Source of the DNA: an uncultured Planctomycetaceae bacterium
GTDB taxonomy: Bacteria; Planctomycetota; PLA2
Assembly: GCA_964570285.1 (NCBI GenBank)
Contig: CAZMXP010000008.1
Location: 36,659-100,658, forward strand
DNA: 64,000 bases
Direction: 5' to 3'
Shown here one piece after another: positions 55,673 through 64,000 of this stretch (position 1 is the first letter of the stretch; the number at the start of each line of letters is the position of its first letter). The position numbers were made by a program, and so were the translations under genes. A model generated the notes under the pieces. It saw only the letters and a program-made list of their open reading frames with translations. It did no database searches and was not told the origin of the DNA.

Positions 55673-57259
55673 GTGAAAGACCTGGACCGCCTGCGACATG
55701 TGCCGATGGCGCCGACACGGCCCGCCGACGACGCGCGGGCGGAGCGCGACTTCGACGTGGCCCAACTCTTCGACGGGCCGCTCGCGGGTGGAGCGCCGCA
55801 GGAGACCGGCCGAGTCCGCCTGGACGAGAAGGCGCGGCAGGCTTACTTCTGGATCGTGAACCACGGGATCATCAGCCCCTTCTACGACATCGAATATGCG
55901 GGCGAGGCACCCCAGGAGGTGCTGTTCGGCGACAGTCGCGTCGCGGTCCGGTTGCCCTCGGCGCAGAGCTATTCGAGCTACGTGCTGCTGCCCCTGCTGA
56001 CGCTCGCATCGCGGAAGCGGTGCCTCCTCGTCGGCGGGCCGGGACGCGGCAAGACGGTGATCGCCGTCTTGATGGGGCTGCTCGCGGGATACACGCTGAA
56101 GGAGGTGCGGCGCGGCATCCAGCACGGCCAGCCCCAGATGACCGTCGCCGACCTGCTCGGCAGCCCGCTCCCCGCGACGCTGATCAGCGCGAAGTCGCCC
56201 GAGGAGGTGAAGGTCGCGTGGCGATCGTGGCTCGGCATGCGGGTCCGGATCGTGGACGAGTACAACCGCATCCCGACGAAGACGCAGGCGTCCCTGCTGA
56301 CCGTGCTCGCGGACGACTACGCGGAGGTCTTCGACCAGATCTACGAGTGTCGGCCGGCCGCGTGGTACCTGACCGCGAACGACGATGCGGGGGGCGGCAC
56401 CTACCAGGTGATCGAGGCGCTGAAGGACCGCATCGACGTGGTCGTCAAGGCGCTCCACTTCAACCCCCGGTTCCTCGGGGAGCTGTTGGCGCGTCTCGAG
56501 GCGGGCGTCGTCCCCGAGGAACTCGTCCCGCCCGAGATCGTGTTCACCCCGGACGAACTTGACCGCATGGACCGCGAGGTGCGCGCGGTCGCCTTCCCGT
56601 CCGGACTGCGCCGGCGCCTCGAGTTCTTCGCGAGCTGGTTCGAGTACTTCGAGCCCGGCGGGCGCCAGTTCGAGTACATGACCAAGGACACGGTGCGGGT
56701 CGCCGCGCAGGACCTCGACGCGCTCGCGTCGGCCGACTCGGGCAAGGACCCCCGGCTCGACCTCGGCAACCAGACCCGCAACGGCCTCTCGGTGCGGGCG
56801 CTGCTGACCTGCCTCACGTTCGTCAAGGCGCTCGCGTGGTTCCGCGGCGCCCGCGAGGCCACGCTCGAGGACGCGGCGCAGGTGCTGCCGTTCGTCCTGC
56901 ACGAGAAGCTCGAGCCGCGGCTCGACGCGCCCTTCTTCGAGCAGGCGGGGAACGAGGCGCTGCGCTCCGACCGCATCTCGTGGATCCGCCACCTGTTCGA
57001 GTCCTCCTGCCGCGAGTACGACCGGCTCGACCTCGACCGCAACGATCCCGCCGCTCGCCTCCGCGAGGAGATGGACGCGGGTCTCGAGGGAGTCGGCGAG
57101 GCCGAGGTCCAGCGGCGCCTCACGGCCATCGAGCGCACGCTCAAGGAGTGGAGCCGCGGGCGCAAGCTCTACGGGCCGATGTTCGACGACATCCTCCAGC
57201 TGAAGTACCTGCACCAGAGGTACACGAACTTTCTCGCCTGGCTGCGATGGAGCCGCTGA
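55673..57259 (+). CDS. MoxR-family AAA+ ATPase.
   Basis: Walker A GGPGRGKTV; ...RIVDEYNRIPTKTQASLLTVLAD... (MoxR DE-x-NR-x-P-KTQ-x-LL motif). Confidence 0.75.
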   Translation: MKDLDRLRHVPMAPTRPADDARAERDFDVAQLFDGPLAGGAPQETGRVRLDEKARQAYFWIVNHGIISPFYDIEYAGEAPQEVLFGDSRVAVRLPSAQSYSSYVLLPLLTLASRKRCLLVGGPGRGKTVIAVLMGLLAGYTLKEVRRGIQHGQPQMTVADLLGSPLPATLISAKSPEEVKVAWRSWLGMRVRIVDEYNRIPTKTQASLLTVLADDYAEVFDQIYECRPAAWYLTANDDAGGGTYQVIEALKDRIDVVVKALHFNPRFLGELLARLEAGVVPEELVPPEIVFTPDELDRMDREVRAVAFPSGLRRRLEFFASWFEYFEPGGRQFEYMTKDTVRVAAQDLDALASADSGKDPRLDLGNQTRNGLSVRALLTCLTFVKALAWFRGAREATLEDAAQVLPFVLHEKLEPRLDAPFFEQAGNEALRSDRISWIRHLFESSCREYDRLDLDRNDPAARLREEMDAGLEGVGEAEVQRRLTAIERTLKEWSRGRKLYGPMFDDILQLKYLHQRYTNFLAWLRWSR

Positions 57260-58260
57260 TCTCGCGTGCGCTGCGTGAGGCGCTTTCGGCGAACCGCGAC
57301 GCGCTGAACCGGCGCGTGCGCCGCGCGAAGGCGGGCGGCGCGCGCATCGACTCGGCCGCGCTCCTCCGCCACATCGGCGAGCGGGTCGGGCCCGCGGTCG
57401 ACGCGATCCACGAGCGCGCGCCCGGGCGCGTGCCGGCCGCGGTGGCGGAGCTCTTCGAGCTCTCCGTCGAGATCTTCGCGCGTGGACTCGGACGCGCCGA
57501 CGGGTTGCGCCCCGAGGTCGAGCTCGCGTGGCGGGCGCTCCCGCCGCTCGCGGACGCGCTCGCTGCCGCGCCCCGCCTCGTCGCGCGCGACATGATCCAC
57601 GGAGCGCTTCGCCTCGAGCAGGAGGTCACGGGCGCCGCGGCCCGATGGTGCGGGGAGGTCATGCGCACGGCGGAGTTCGCGGCCACGCCCGACGCGCTCC
57701 GCCGCATCGCGCTCGTGCTCGCGTGGACCTGCGGGCTCGCGCACGCGCGGAGCGCGGCTCTCGAGGCATGGCGCACACTCGGGGATCGCGCCGCCGGCGC
57801 CGTCTTCGTCCGCCGCGGCGAGCCCCTGCCGGATCGCGGCGCCCTCGAACGCAGACTTGCCGACCGCTGGTGGAGACCTGGCCCCCCGGGCCCCCCCCGC
57901 ATCGAGATCGCGGCGCGCCTCGGAGGGTCCGCCGCGCTCGGCGGGCCGTTCGCGGCACCGCCGCGCGTGGCGCTATCGGAAGGGGCGCTCTACGCGCTGG
58001 ATGGCGCATCCGCGTGGCGCATACACGCCGACGCCTTCGGAGCGACGCTCCGCCGCTCGAGGATGCCGGCCGGCGCCACGTCACGGACGGAGCCCTTCGC
58101 GGTCCATCGGTCGGGTCGCGTCGGACGCGGGGGCCTCCGGTACGAAGCCCCCCTCCTCGAGGACCCCTCGTCGGCCGCTGCCACCGACGACACGCTCGCC
58201 GTCACGACGGGCCGGAGCTACCGCATCAGCATCGTGGCATGCATCAGCGGGGTCCCGTGA
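57247..58260 (+). CDS. Hypothetical protein (337 aa), translationally coupled between the MoxR and VWA genes.
   Basis: ATG at 57247 overlaps the MoxR 3' end by 13 nt; its stop overlaps the next GTG (GTGA). No recognisable motifs. Confidence 0.45.
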   Translation: MEPLISRALREALSANRDALNRRVRRAKAGGARIDSAALLRHIGERVGPAVDAIHERAPGRVPAAVAELFELSVEIFARGLGRADGLRPEVELAWRALPPLADALAAAPRLVARDMIHGALRLEQEVTGAAARWCGEVMRTAEFAATPDALRRIALVLAWTCGLAHARSAALEAWRTLGDRAAGAVFVRRGEPLPDRGALERRLADRWWRPGPPGPPRIEIAARLGGSAALGGPFAAPPRVALSEGALYALDGASAWRIHADAFGATLRRSRMPAGATSRTEPFAVHRSGRVGRGGLRYEAPLLEDPSSAAATDDTLAVTTGRSYRISIVACISGVP

Positions 58261-59969
58261 GCGAGGGACTCGATGCCCTGCGCGAGTCATGGAGGGCGAA
58301 GTGGCCCGAGGCGCTGCGCGCGTGGAGCCGCTTCTCGCGCCTCTCCGAACCGCAGTGGTGCATGACGGCCCACGAGGAGTCGAACGCGGGCCTTCACGAC
58401 ACCTTCGCGATGTTCCGTCTCGGCGACCGTTCGGTGGTCGTCGGCCTCGCCAGGGTACGGGCCCTCGGGCTGGACGAGTGCGCCACGCAGGTGCTCGCGC
58501 ACGAGGCGGGCCATCACATCCACGTCCCCGGGGATCTCGCCGACGCGGCCCGCATCCACGCGCGCGTGCGCCGGGCCCTTCCCGGAAAGGAGGCGCTGGC
58601 GCCAATGGTCGCAAACCTCTGGGCGGACCTGCTGATCAACGACCGCCTCCAGCGCTCCGCGCGGCTCGACATGGCCGCCGTCTACCGGCGCCTCCGGCCC
58701 GCCGAGGTCGGCGGCGCCTTCGCCGTCTACCTGCGCGCGTACGAGCGGCTCTGGTCGCTGCCGGCCGGGGATCTGGTCGGCCGCAGGGTCTCCGACGAGG
58801 AGGATCTCGACGCCTCGTTCGCAGCCGACCTGGCCCGGAGCCACGCGGCGACGCCGGTCGCGGGGGCCGGGCCTTTCGCCGCCGTCCTGTTCGATCGCCT
58901 GCCCGAGCGGATGCCCGCGCTGCCGGCCTTCGTGCACCTGTGCGCCGATCTCGCGGGGGCGGAGCCGCCGGAGGGCCTTGTCGAGATGGATGCGGACGAG
59001 GAGTCCGAGCCCCGCCACCCCGGGGAGGAGGATCAAGAGGGGGGCGCGGGGGGAGCAGGCACGGCCAAGATCGGGGGACGCAAGAACACGTTCCGGGGCC
59101 CGCGCGACTGGATGGACCTGATGAAGAGCGTCGGCGTCTGCCTGCCGGAGGAGGACCTCGTCGCGCGCTACTACGCCGAACTCGCGCGATCCCACCCGCT
59201 CCGATTCCCGCCGGCCGTCGCCTCGCTCGCGAAGGATGTCGTCCCCGAGGGCGTCGTGCCCTGGGAGCCGGGTTCCGCGGTCTCGCGCATCGACTGGCTC
59301 GCCACGCTCGTGAGGAGCCCCGTCGTGATCCCGGGCGTGACGACCCTCGAGCGCGAAGAGGCCGTCGTCGAGGTGCCCGAGTCTCCCGCACGCCCCCCGG
59401 ATCTCTACCTCGGCGTCGACTGCAGCGGGTCGATGTCGAATCCGGCCTTCACGGTCTCCTACCCGGTGCTCGCCGCCGTCGTCCTCGGGAAGGCCGCGCT
59501 CCGGGCAGGCGCACGCGTGATGGCCACGCTGTCGGGAGAGCCGGGAAGCCACGCCTCGACGCCGGGTTTCGTCCGCGACGAGCGCGCGATGCTGCGCGTG
59601 CTGACCTCCTACCTGGGCACGGGATACTCCTTCGGGGTCGAGCGCCTGCGCGAGACGTTTCTCGCACGGCACGACTATCGCGTGCCGGTGCGCATCTTCC
59701 TCGTCACGGACTCGGACTTCTTCCGCATGCTCGACGCGACGCCCGACGGCTGGGAAGTTGCCGCGAAGGTCGCCGAAGCGGCGGGAGGCGGCGCCGTCGC
59801 CGCGCTCGACCGCTGTCCCGCGGGCACATGGTTGCGCGAGATGAAGGCACTGGACGCCCGGGGGTGGGCGGTGCGGCCGGTGTCGACGGCCGGGGATCTC
59901 GTCGCACTCGCCCGGGCGGCGGGGCGTGACCTCTATGCGCCGCGGGGTCGGCGGGGTCCGGCGAAATGA
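58257..59969 (+). CDS. VWA-domain protein with an N-terminal HExxH putative metallopeptidase domain (DUF2201_N plus VWA-like; MoxR-associated).
   Basis: ...VLAHEAGHHIHV... HExxH motif; MIDAS ...LGVDCSGSMS...; downstream of the MoxR ATPase in a coupled operon. Confidence 0.7.
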   Translation: MSEGLDALRESWRAKWPEALRAWSRFSRLSEPQWCMTAHEESNAGLHDTFAMFRLGDRSVVVGLARVRALGLDECATQVLAHEAGHHIHVPGDLADAARIHARVRRALPGKEALAPMVANLWADLLINDRLQRSARLDMAAVYRRLRPAEVGGAFAVYLRAYERLWSLPAGDLVGRRVSDEEDLDASFAADLARSHAATPVAGAGPFAAVLFDRLPERMPALPAFVHLCADLAGAEPPEGLVEMDADEESEPRHPGEEDQEGGAGGAGTAKIGGRKNTFRGPRDWMDLMKSVGVCLPEEDLVARYYAELARSHPLRFPPAVASLAKDVVPEGVVPWEPGSAVSRIDWLATLVRSPVVIPGVTTLEREEAVVEVPESPARPPDLYLGVDCSGSMSNPAFTVSYPVLAAVVLGKAALRAGARVMATLSGEPGSHASTPGFVRDERAMLRVLTSYLGTGYSFGVERLRETFLARHDYRVPVRIFLVTDSDFFRMLDATPDGWEVAAKVAEAAGGGAVAALDRCPAGTWLREMKALDARGWAVRPVSTAGDLVALARAAGRDLYAPRGRRGPAK

Positions 59970-60538
59970 CGGTCGAGGGCCCCCCTCTCGAGCCCCTGCT
60001 CCGCCGGGCGGCGGAGTGCCCGCCCGGGCTCGTCGAGGCGCGAGCGGCGCCCGACGCCGACGCGGTCCTCGCACTCGTGCACGACGTTCTCGAGGACGCG
60101 GCCGAGGCCGCCCCGCGTGCCGAGGCGCTCGCGTCGCTGCAGCGCGCGATCGCGCCCGATTCGGGCCACCGGCGCCTTGTCGCACTCGCGGCGTGGGTAC
60201 TCGGCGGCGGGACGCTCCGGCGCATTCCGCTGGAGGCCGCGCTCTTCTATCTCGCGGAGGAGCTGGCGGATCGCGCCCCCACACTGGATGCAGCGACCGT
60301 CGTCACGGACCATGACCGCCGGGGTGAGCTCGTTCGTTCGATGCTCCGGGCGCTTGGCCTGCACCCGTCGGGCGAGACGGAGGAGCAGGCGGAGGACCTG
60401 CTCGCGTCGGTCGACAGCCGGGCGAAGCGGGGTGTGCTCGCGCGCGCCCGCGACAGGCTTCGGAGGATCCGCAAGATCCGCGCGGAGATGCGCAAGAAGG
60501 CCGACGAGGAAGCTGCGGCGAGGATGACCGGCGAGTGA
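59966..60538 (+). CDS. Hypothetical protein (190 aa).
   Basis: ATGA overlap with the VWA gene and GTGA overlap with the downstream ligase. Acidic N-terminus, basic C-terminal tail. Confidence 0.45.
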   Translation: MTVEGPPLEPLLRRAAECPPGLVEARAAPDADAVLALVHDVLEDAAEAAPRAEALASLQRAIAPDSGHRRLVALAAWVLGGGTLRRIPLEAALFYLAEELADRAPTLDAATVVTDHDRRGELVRSMLRALGLHPSGETEEQAEDLLASVDSRAKRGVLARARDRLRRIRKIRAEMRKKADEEAAARMTGE

Positions 60539-61947
60539 ACTCCGCCGCCCCTCTCGACTCGTCCCTCCCGCCCGATCGGGCGCGGCGCAACCCCCTGCTC
60601 TCGGAGGCGGGCTGGGCGCATCTGGCCCGCATCCTCGAGGACGAGCATGCTCCGCGCTGGAACGCCGCCCCCGGCGATGGCGTGCAACGGGGCGACCTCG
60701 AAGCGGTCGCCGCCTTCCGGACGAGGATCGCCGACCTCCGGGCGCCAGAGGACGCCAAGCCGCACGAGCAGGTCCTGCGAAGCGTCGCCCATGCGCTCGC
60801 GCAGGTCCCGCTGCTCCGGGAGCGCCTGCGCGAGACCCCCGATCCGTGGCGTCACTGGCACAGGCTGCCCACGACCTCGCGCGAGGACCTCGCCACGCGC
60901 ATGGAAGAGATGGTGCCCGACGATGCCGACATCTCGCGCATCACCGCCCACGAGACCTCCGGTGCCACGGGTCACGCGATCCACGTCCCCACGCACCCGC
61001 AGGCCATCGCGATGGGCCATGTGCTCGTGGAGCGCGTGCTTGCGGCCGTCGGCGCGGGCTTCCGACCCGGGCGGGAGCGCCTGGCCTGCGTGAACCTGTG
61101 CGCGCGCTCCCGCACATGGGTCTTTCCGACCGTCTTTTCGGTCTGGGGCGAGGCCGGTTTCGCGAAGCTCAACCTGGCGGACGCCGACTGGCCCGGCGGT
61201 CGGGAGGCGGCCCGTGCGTTCTTCCGCCACTGGCGCCCGGCCCTCTGGACCGGCGATCCCGTCGCCTTCGCCGAGGCGCTCGCGTGGGATCTGCCGGGGG
61301 AGCCCGTCGCCCTGCTCTCCACCTCGACGGCGCTCGAACGCGCGCTCGCGACCGCGATCGTCGAACGCTACCGCTGCCCCCTGATCGACTGGTACTCCAC
61401 GACGGAGACGGGCCCGATCGCGTGGCGCGCGGCGGGGGACGAGGCGTTCGCGCCGATCTCCCCCGATCTCTTCGTTGAACTCCTCGATGCGGTAGGGAAT
61501 CCCGTCCCGGAGGGCGCGCGAGGGGAGATCACGGTCTCCGGCGGGCGCAACCCCTTCCTTCCGCTCGTGCGCTACCGGACCGGCGACACTGCCCGTTTCG
61601 CCCGCGGCCGTGGGCCGACGCCGCTCCTCGCGGAACTGGAGGGCCGGCGGCCGGTCCGCTTCTCGCGTCCGGACGGGGGGGCTCTGGACGCCGCGGACGT
61701 GGGCCGCGAGTTGCGGTCGCAGGCCGCGTTTGCGCAGCACGCATGCGTCCAGCACGCGGATGGATCCCTCGAGATCCGCATGCGGCCGCTCCGCGGCGTG
61801 GACCTGCCGATCCGCGCGGTCGAGGACCGCATCCGCGACCTGCTGGGTCCGGGTGCTCGCGTCTCCGTGCTGGCCGACCCCACCCTCGGCGCCTCGGCGA
61901 AGGTCGTGCCCTACCGGTGCGAGGCGCCCGCGCAGGAGCGAGGATGA
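60535..61947 (+). CDS. Phenylacetate-CoA ligase (PaaK) / F390-synthetase-like adenylate-forming enzyme with a divergent P-loop.
   Basis: ...AHETSGATGHAIHV... in place of SGTTGKP; ...DWYSTTETGPIAW... (A5-like TE-x-GP); ...RYRTGD... (A8-like) motifs. Confidence 0.6.
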   Translation: MNSAAPLDSSLPPDRARRNPLLSEAGWAHLARILEDEHAPRWNAAPGDGVQRGDLEAVAAFRTRIADLRAPEDAKPHEQVLRSVAHALAQVPLLRERLRETPDPWRHWHRLPTTSREDLATRMEEMVPDDADISRITAHETSGATGHAIHVPTHPQAIAMGHVLVERVLAAVGAGFRPGRERLACVNLCARSRTWVFPTVFSVWGEAGFAKLNLADADWPGGREAARAFFRHWRPALWTGDPVAFAEALAWDLPGEPVALLSTSTALERALATAIVERYRCPLIDWYSTTETGPIAWRAAGDEAFAPISPDLFVELLDAVGNPVPEGARGEITVSGGRNPFLPLVRYRTGDTARFARGRGPTPLLAELEGRRPVRFSRPDGGALDAADVGRELRSQAAFAQHACVQHADGSLEIRMRPLRGVDLPIRAVEDRIRDLLGPGARVSVLADPTLGASAKVVPYRCEAPAQERG

Positions 61948-61987
61948 GTCGCGGCGCCTGGATCCCCACGGGCATGCGCCCCCCGCC

Positions 61988-62557
61988 ATGAACGCGCTGG
62001 AACTCGTGGCGGTCGCGCTGGGCGTGACCAACGTCGTCCTGACAATCCGCCAAAACCTCTGGTGCTGGCCTACGGGCATCGCGATGGTGATCCTCTACGC
62101 GTTCGTCTTCCTGGAGGCACGGCTCTACTCCGACGTGATCCTGCAAGTCATCTATGTGTTCCTTCAGGCCTGGGGCTGGTGGAAGTGGACACACGGGGGG
62201 GATCGGGGGGCGCCTCTCGCCGTGACTCGCGTGACGGGGGCGACCGCGGCGCTCGGACTCGGCGTCGGCGCCGCAACGACCTTAGGGTGGGGCTTCGTGA
62301 TGGAGCGGTGGACCGATGCGGCCCTGCCCTTCGCCGACTCTGCGATCGCCGCGTTCAGCCTCGTCGCGCAGGCGGGCCTCGCCAAGAAGCTCCTCGAGAA
62401 CTGGCTCGTCTGGATCGCCGTGGATGTGCTCGCGGTGGGTGTCTACGCGAGCCGGGAGCTCTACCTGACCTCCGGCCTCTACGCGGTGTTCCTCGTGCTC
62501 GCCACCCTAGGATGGATGGAGTGGAAGAAAACCCTCTCGGGACCGGCGCCGGCCTGA
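61988..62557 (+). CDS. pnuC: Nicotinamide riboside transporter PnuC.
   Basis: ...NLWCWPTGIAMVILYAFVF...QAWGWWKW...; 7-8 TM helices; precedes nadR. Confidence 0.8.
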   Translation: MNALELVAVALGVTNVVLTIRQNLWCWPTGIAMVILYAFVFLEARLYSDVILQVIYVFLQAWGWWKWTHGGDRGAPLAVTRVTGATAALGLGVGAATTLGWGFVMERWTDAALPFADSAIAAFSLVAQAGLAKKLLENWLVWIAVDVLAVGVYASRELYLTSGLYAVFLVLATLGWMEWKKTLSGPAPA

Positions 62558-63579
62558 TCCTCGGGAAGTTCATGCCCCCTCACAAGGGGCATGTGCTGCT
62601 CGCCGACTTCGCGCGCGGCTACGCAGCCGAGCTGACGATCCTCGTCTGCTCCCTCCCCCGGGATCCGATCCCCGGCGCGTTGCGGTTCGCGTGGATGCGC
62701 GAGATGTTCCCCGATGCACGCGTGCTCCACGTGACCGAGGATCTGCCGCAGGCTCCCGAGGAGCATCCGGACTTCTGGCCGATCTGGCGCGACGTGGTCC
62801 TCTCGCGCCTCCCGAGGCCGCCGGAGTTCGTCTTCGCCTCGGAGGCGTACGGCGTGGAGCTCGCGCGGATCCTGGGGGCCAGCTTCGTGCCCGTCGATCC
62901 GGCCCGCGAAATGCGGCCCGTCTCCGCCACCGCCGTGCGCGCCGATCCCCTCGCGAACTGGGAGTTCCTGCCCGGCTGCGTGCGCCCCTACTTCGTGCGC
63001 CGGGTCTGCGTGTTCGGGCCCGAATCCACGGGCAAGTCCACGCTGGCCCGCGACCTGGCGCGCCACTTCCGCACGGTACACGTCTCCGAGCACGCGCGAC
63101 CCCTGCTCGACCCCCGCGCGGGGCGTTGCGAGGAGTCCGACATCGGGCCGATCGCGCGCGGCCAGATCGCCGCGGAAGACGCGATGGCGCGCCAAGCCAA
63201 CCGCCTGCTCGTCTGCGACACCGACCCGCTCACGACCTCGCTCTGGAGCGAGTTCCTGTACGGCCGGGCCCCCTCCTGGCTTCGCGCCGAAGCAGCGCGA
63301 CGCCGCTACGACCTGCACCTGCTCGCCGACATCGATGTGCCCTGGGTGGACGATGGCACGCGCTTCCTCGCCGCCCACCGCCGGGAGTTCTTCGCCCTCT
63401 GCGAGGGGGCGCTGATCGCGAGCGGGCGGCCCTACGTCGTCCTGCGCGGAGACTGGAACGCTCGCTGGGATACCGCTTGTCGCGCCGTGGAGCGCCTCCT
63501 CGCCAAGAAGTGCCTGAGCGCGGCGGAACGAAACAACCGGGGGCCGCGCTCCGCGGCCCCCGGTCCACCCCCAGACTGA
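62512..63579 (+). CDS. nadR: NadR-type bifunctional NMN adenylyltransferase / ribosylnicotinamide kinase (no HTH domain).
   Basis: GLILGKFMPPHKGH (the GxFxPxHxGH nucleotidyltransferase motif); GPESTGKST Walker A of the RNK domain. Start overlaps the pnuC 3' end by 46 nt. Confidence 0.8.
   Translation: MDGVEENPLGTGAGLILGKFMPPHKGHVLLADFARGYAAELTILVCSLPRDPIPGALRFAWMREMFPDARVLHVTEDLPQAPEEHPDFWPIWRDVVLSRLPRPPEFVFASEAYGVELARILGASFVPVDPAREMRPVSATAVRADPLANWEFLPGCVRPYFVRRVCVFGPESTGKSTLARDLARHFRTVHVSEHARPLLDPRAGRCEESDIGPIARGQIAAEDAMARQANRLLVCDTDPLTTSLWSEFLYGRAPSWLRAEAARRRYDLHLLADIDVPWVDDGTRFLAAHRREFFALCEGALIASGRPYVVLRGDWNARWDTACRAVERLLAKKCLSAAERNNRGPRSAAPGPPPD
63538..63563 (-). terminator. Second copy of the GGGGGCCGCG-CUC-CGCGGCCCCC hairpin, about 25 nt downstream of the paralog B stop; it overlaps the last codons of nadR.
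   Basis: Same palindrome as 52958..52987 with a one-nucleotide loop difference. Confidence 0.35.
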
Positions 63580-63588
63580 ACCCTAGTT

Positions 63589-64000
63589 TCAGCGCACGAG
63601 CACGAAGCTGTCGGACTCGGACCAGCCGTTGCCGTCGAGGATGTGGGCCTTGAGCCACTTCCCGTCGGGCTGCTTCGCCTCGATGTCGACCCCCTTCGCC
63701 GCGTAGGCGCTCCAGTTGGTTTTCATGGTCGTGCCGCTCAGCCCTCCGCCCTTGGCCACGTTGAAGCGGGCGACCAGCGGAGATTGTCCCGCGCCGTACT
63801 GGCCCGGTGTCTCGATGGTGCCGCGCACGCGCTGGTCCCCGGCCTCCGTGGGGCCGATGACGCGCCCGCCGCCCCGGCACTCGTAGGCGATGCGCGCGCC
63901 GCTCACACAGTAGCCCCTGAGGCTCATGCTGCCCGAAACCGCCCTGTCCTTGTTCGCGCGATCCACGGCGCTCTGGGCCTCGAGCGCGACGTTGAACCGC
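63589..64000 (-). CDS. Secreted hypothetical protein paralog B (C-terminal part; the gene continues past the window end).
   Basis: ...MSLRGYCVSGARIAYECRGGGRVIGPTEAGDQRVRGTIETP...GGGLSGTTM... is collinear with paralog A residues ~175-293. Confidence 0.6.
   Translation of the reverse strand, partial: RFNVALEAQSAVDRANKDRAVSGSMSLRGYCVSGARIAYECRGGGRVIGPTEAGDQRVRGTIETPGQYGAGQSPLVARFNVAKGGGLSGTTMKTNWSAYAAKGVDIEAKQPDGKWLKAHILDGNGWSESDSFVLVR

Overview
This 64 kb window is about 70% GC and reads as a bacterial cell-envelope / exopolysaccharide accessory region. Many long antisense ORFs in the track are GC-frame artefacts and were ignored.

Contents, in order:
(1) 1-12 kb: an exosortase-A (XrtA/EpsH, PEP-CTERM)-type EPS locus. 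It has GT4 glycosyltransferases, two polysaccharide-deacetylase-family genes, a FemAB-like acyltransferase, an O-antigen-ligase-like membrane protein and three tandem AsnB-family amidotransferase paralogs. No exosortase gene lies inside the window.
(2) Two near-identical c-di-GMP-I (GEMM) riboswitch-like leaders, at about 12.3 kb and 43.4 kb, each in front of a large lipoprotein gene.
(3) 15.8-20.6 kb: a PLP enzyme, an FAD oxidase and a C45-peptidase/alpha-beta-hydrolase fusion.
(4) 20.6-26 kb, minus strand: an ECF sigma / anti-sigma / PDZ-protein / thioredoxin-like operon. The TlpA-like redoxin carries an in-frame TGA exactly at the first Cys of its CxxC motif, which makes it a selenoprotein candidate.
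(5) 30.6-35.3 kb: a LivKHMGF branched-chain amino-acid ABC transporter.
(6) 35.3-43 kb, minus strand: GNAT, ACP, FkbH-like HAD-IIIC, MaoC dehydratase, a LolCDE-like ABC pair and a secreted beta-helix protein with a sorting-signal-like C-terminal tail.
(7) 45.5-52.8 kb: GT4, a Wzx-like flippase, wecB and a complete dTDP-rhamnose rfbDBAC set.
(8) 53-64 kb: an island bracketed by two paralogous secreted-protein genes, each followed by the same terminator hairpin. Inside it sits a translationally coupled MoxR AAA+ / hypothetical / VWA-plus-HExxH-metallopeptidase / hypothetical / PaaK-like adenylate-forming enzyme operon, then PnuC-NadR.

The most system-like candidates for something undescribed are the MoxR-VWA-ligase operon, the FkbH-ACP-ABC-beta-helix cluster and the twin riboswitch-controlled lipoproteins.
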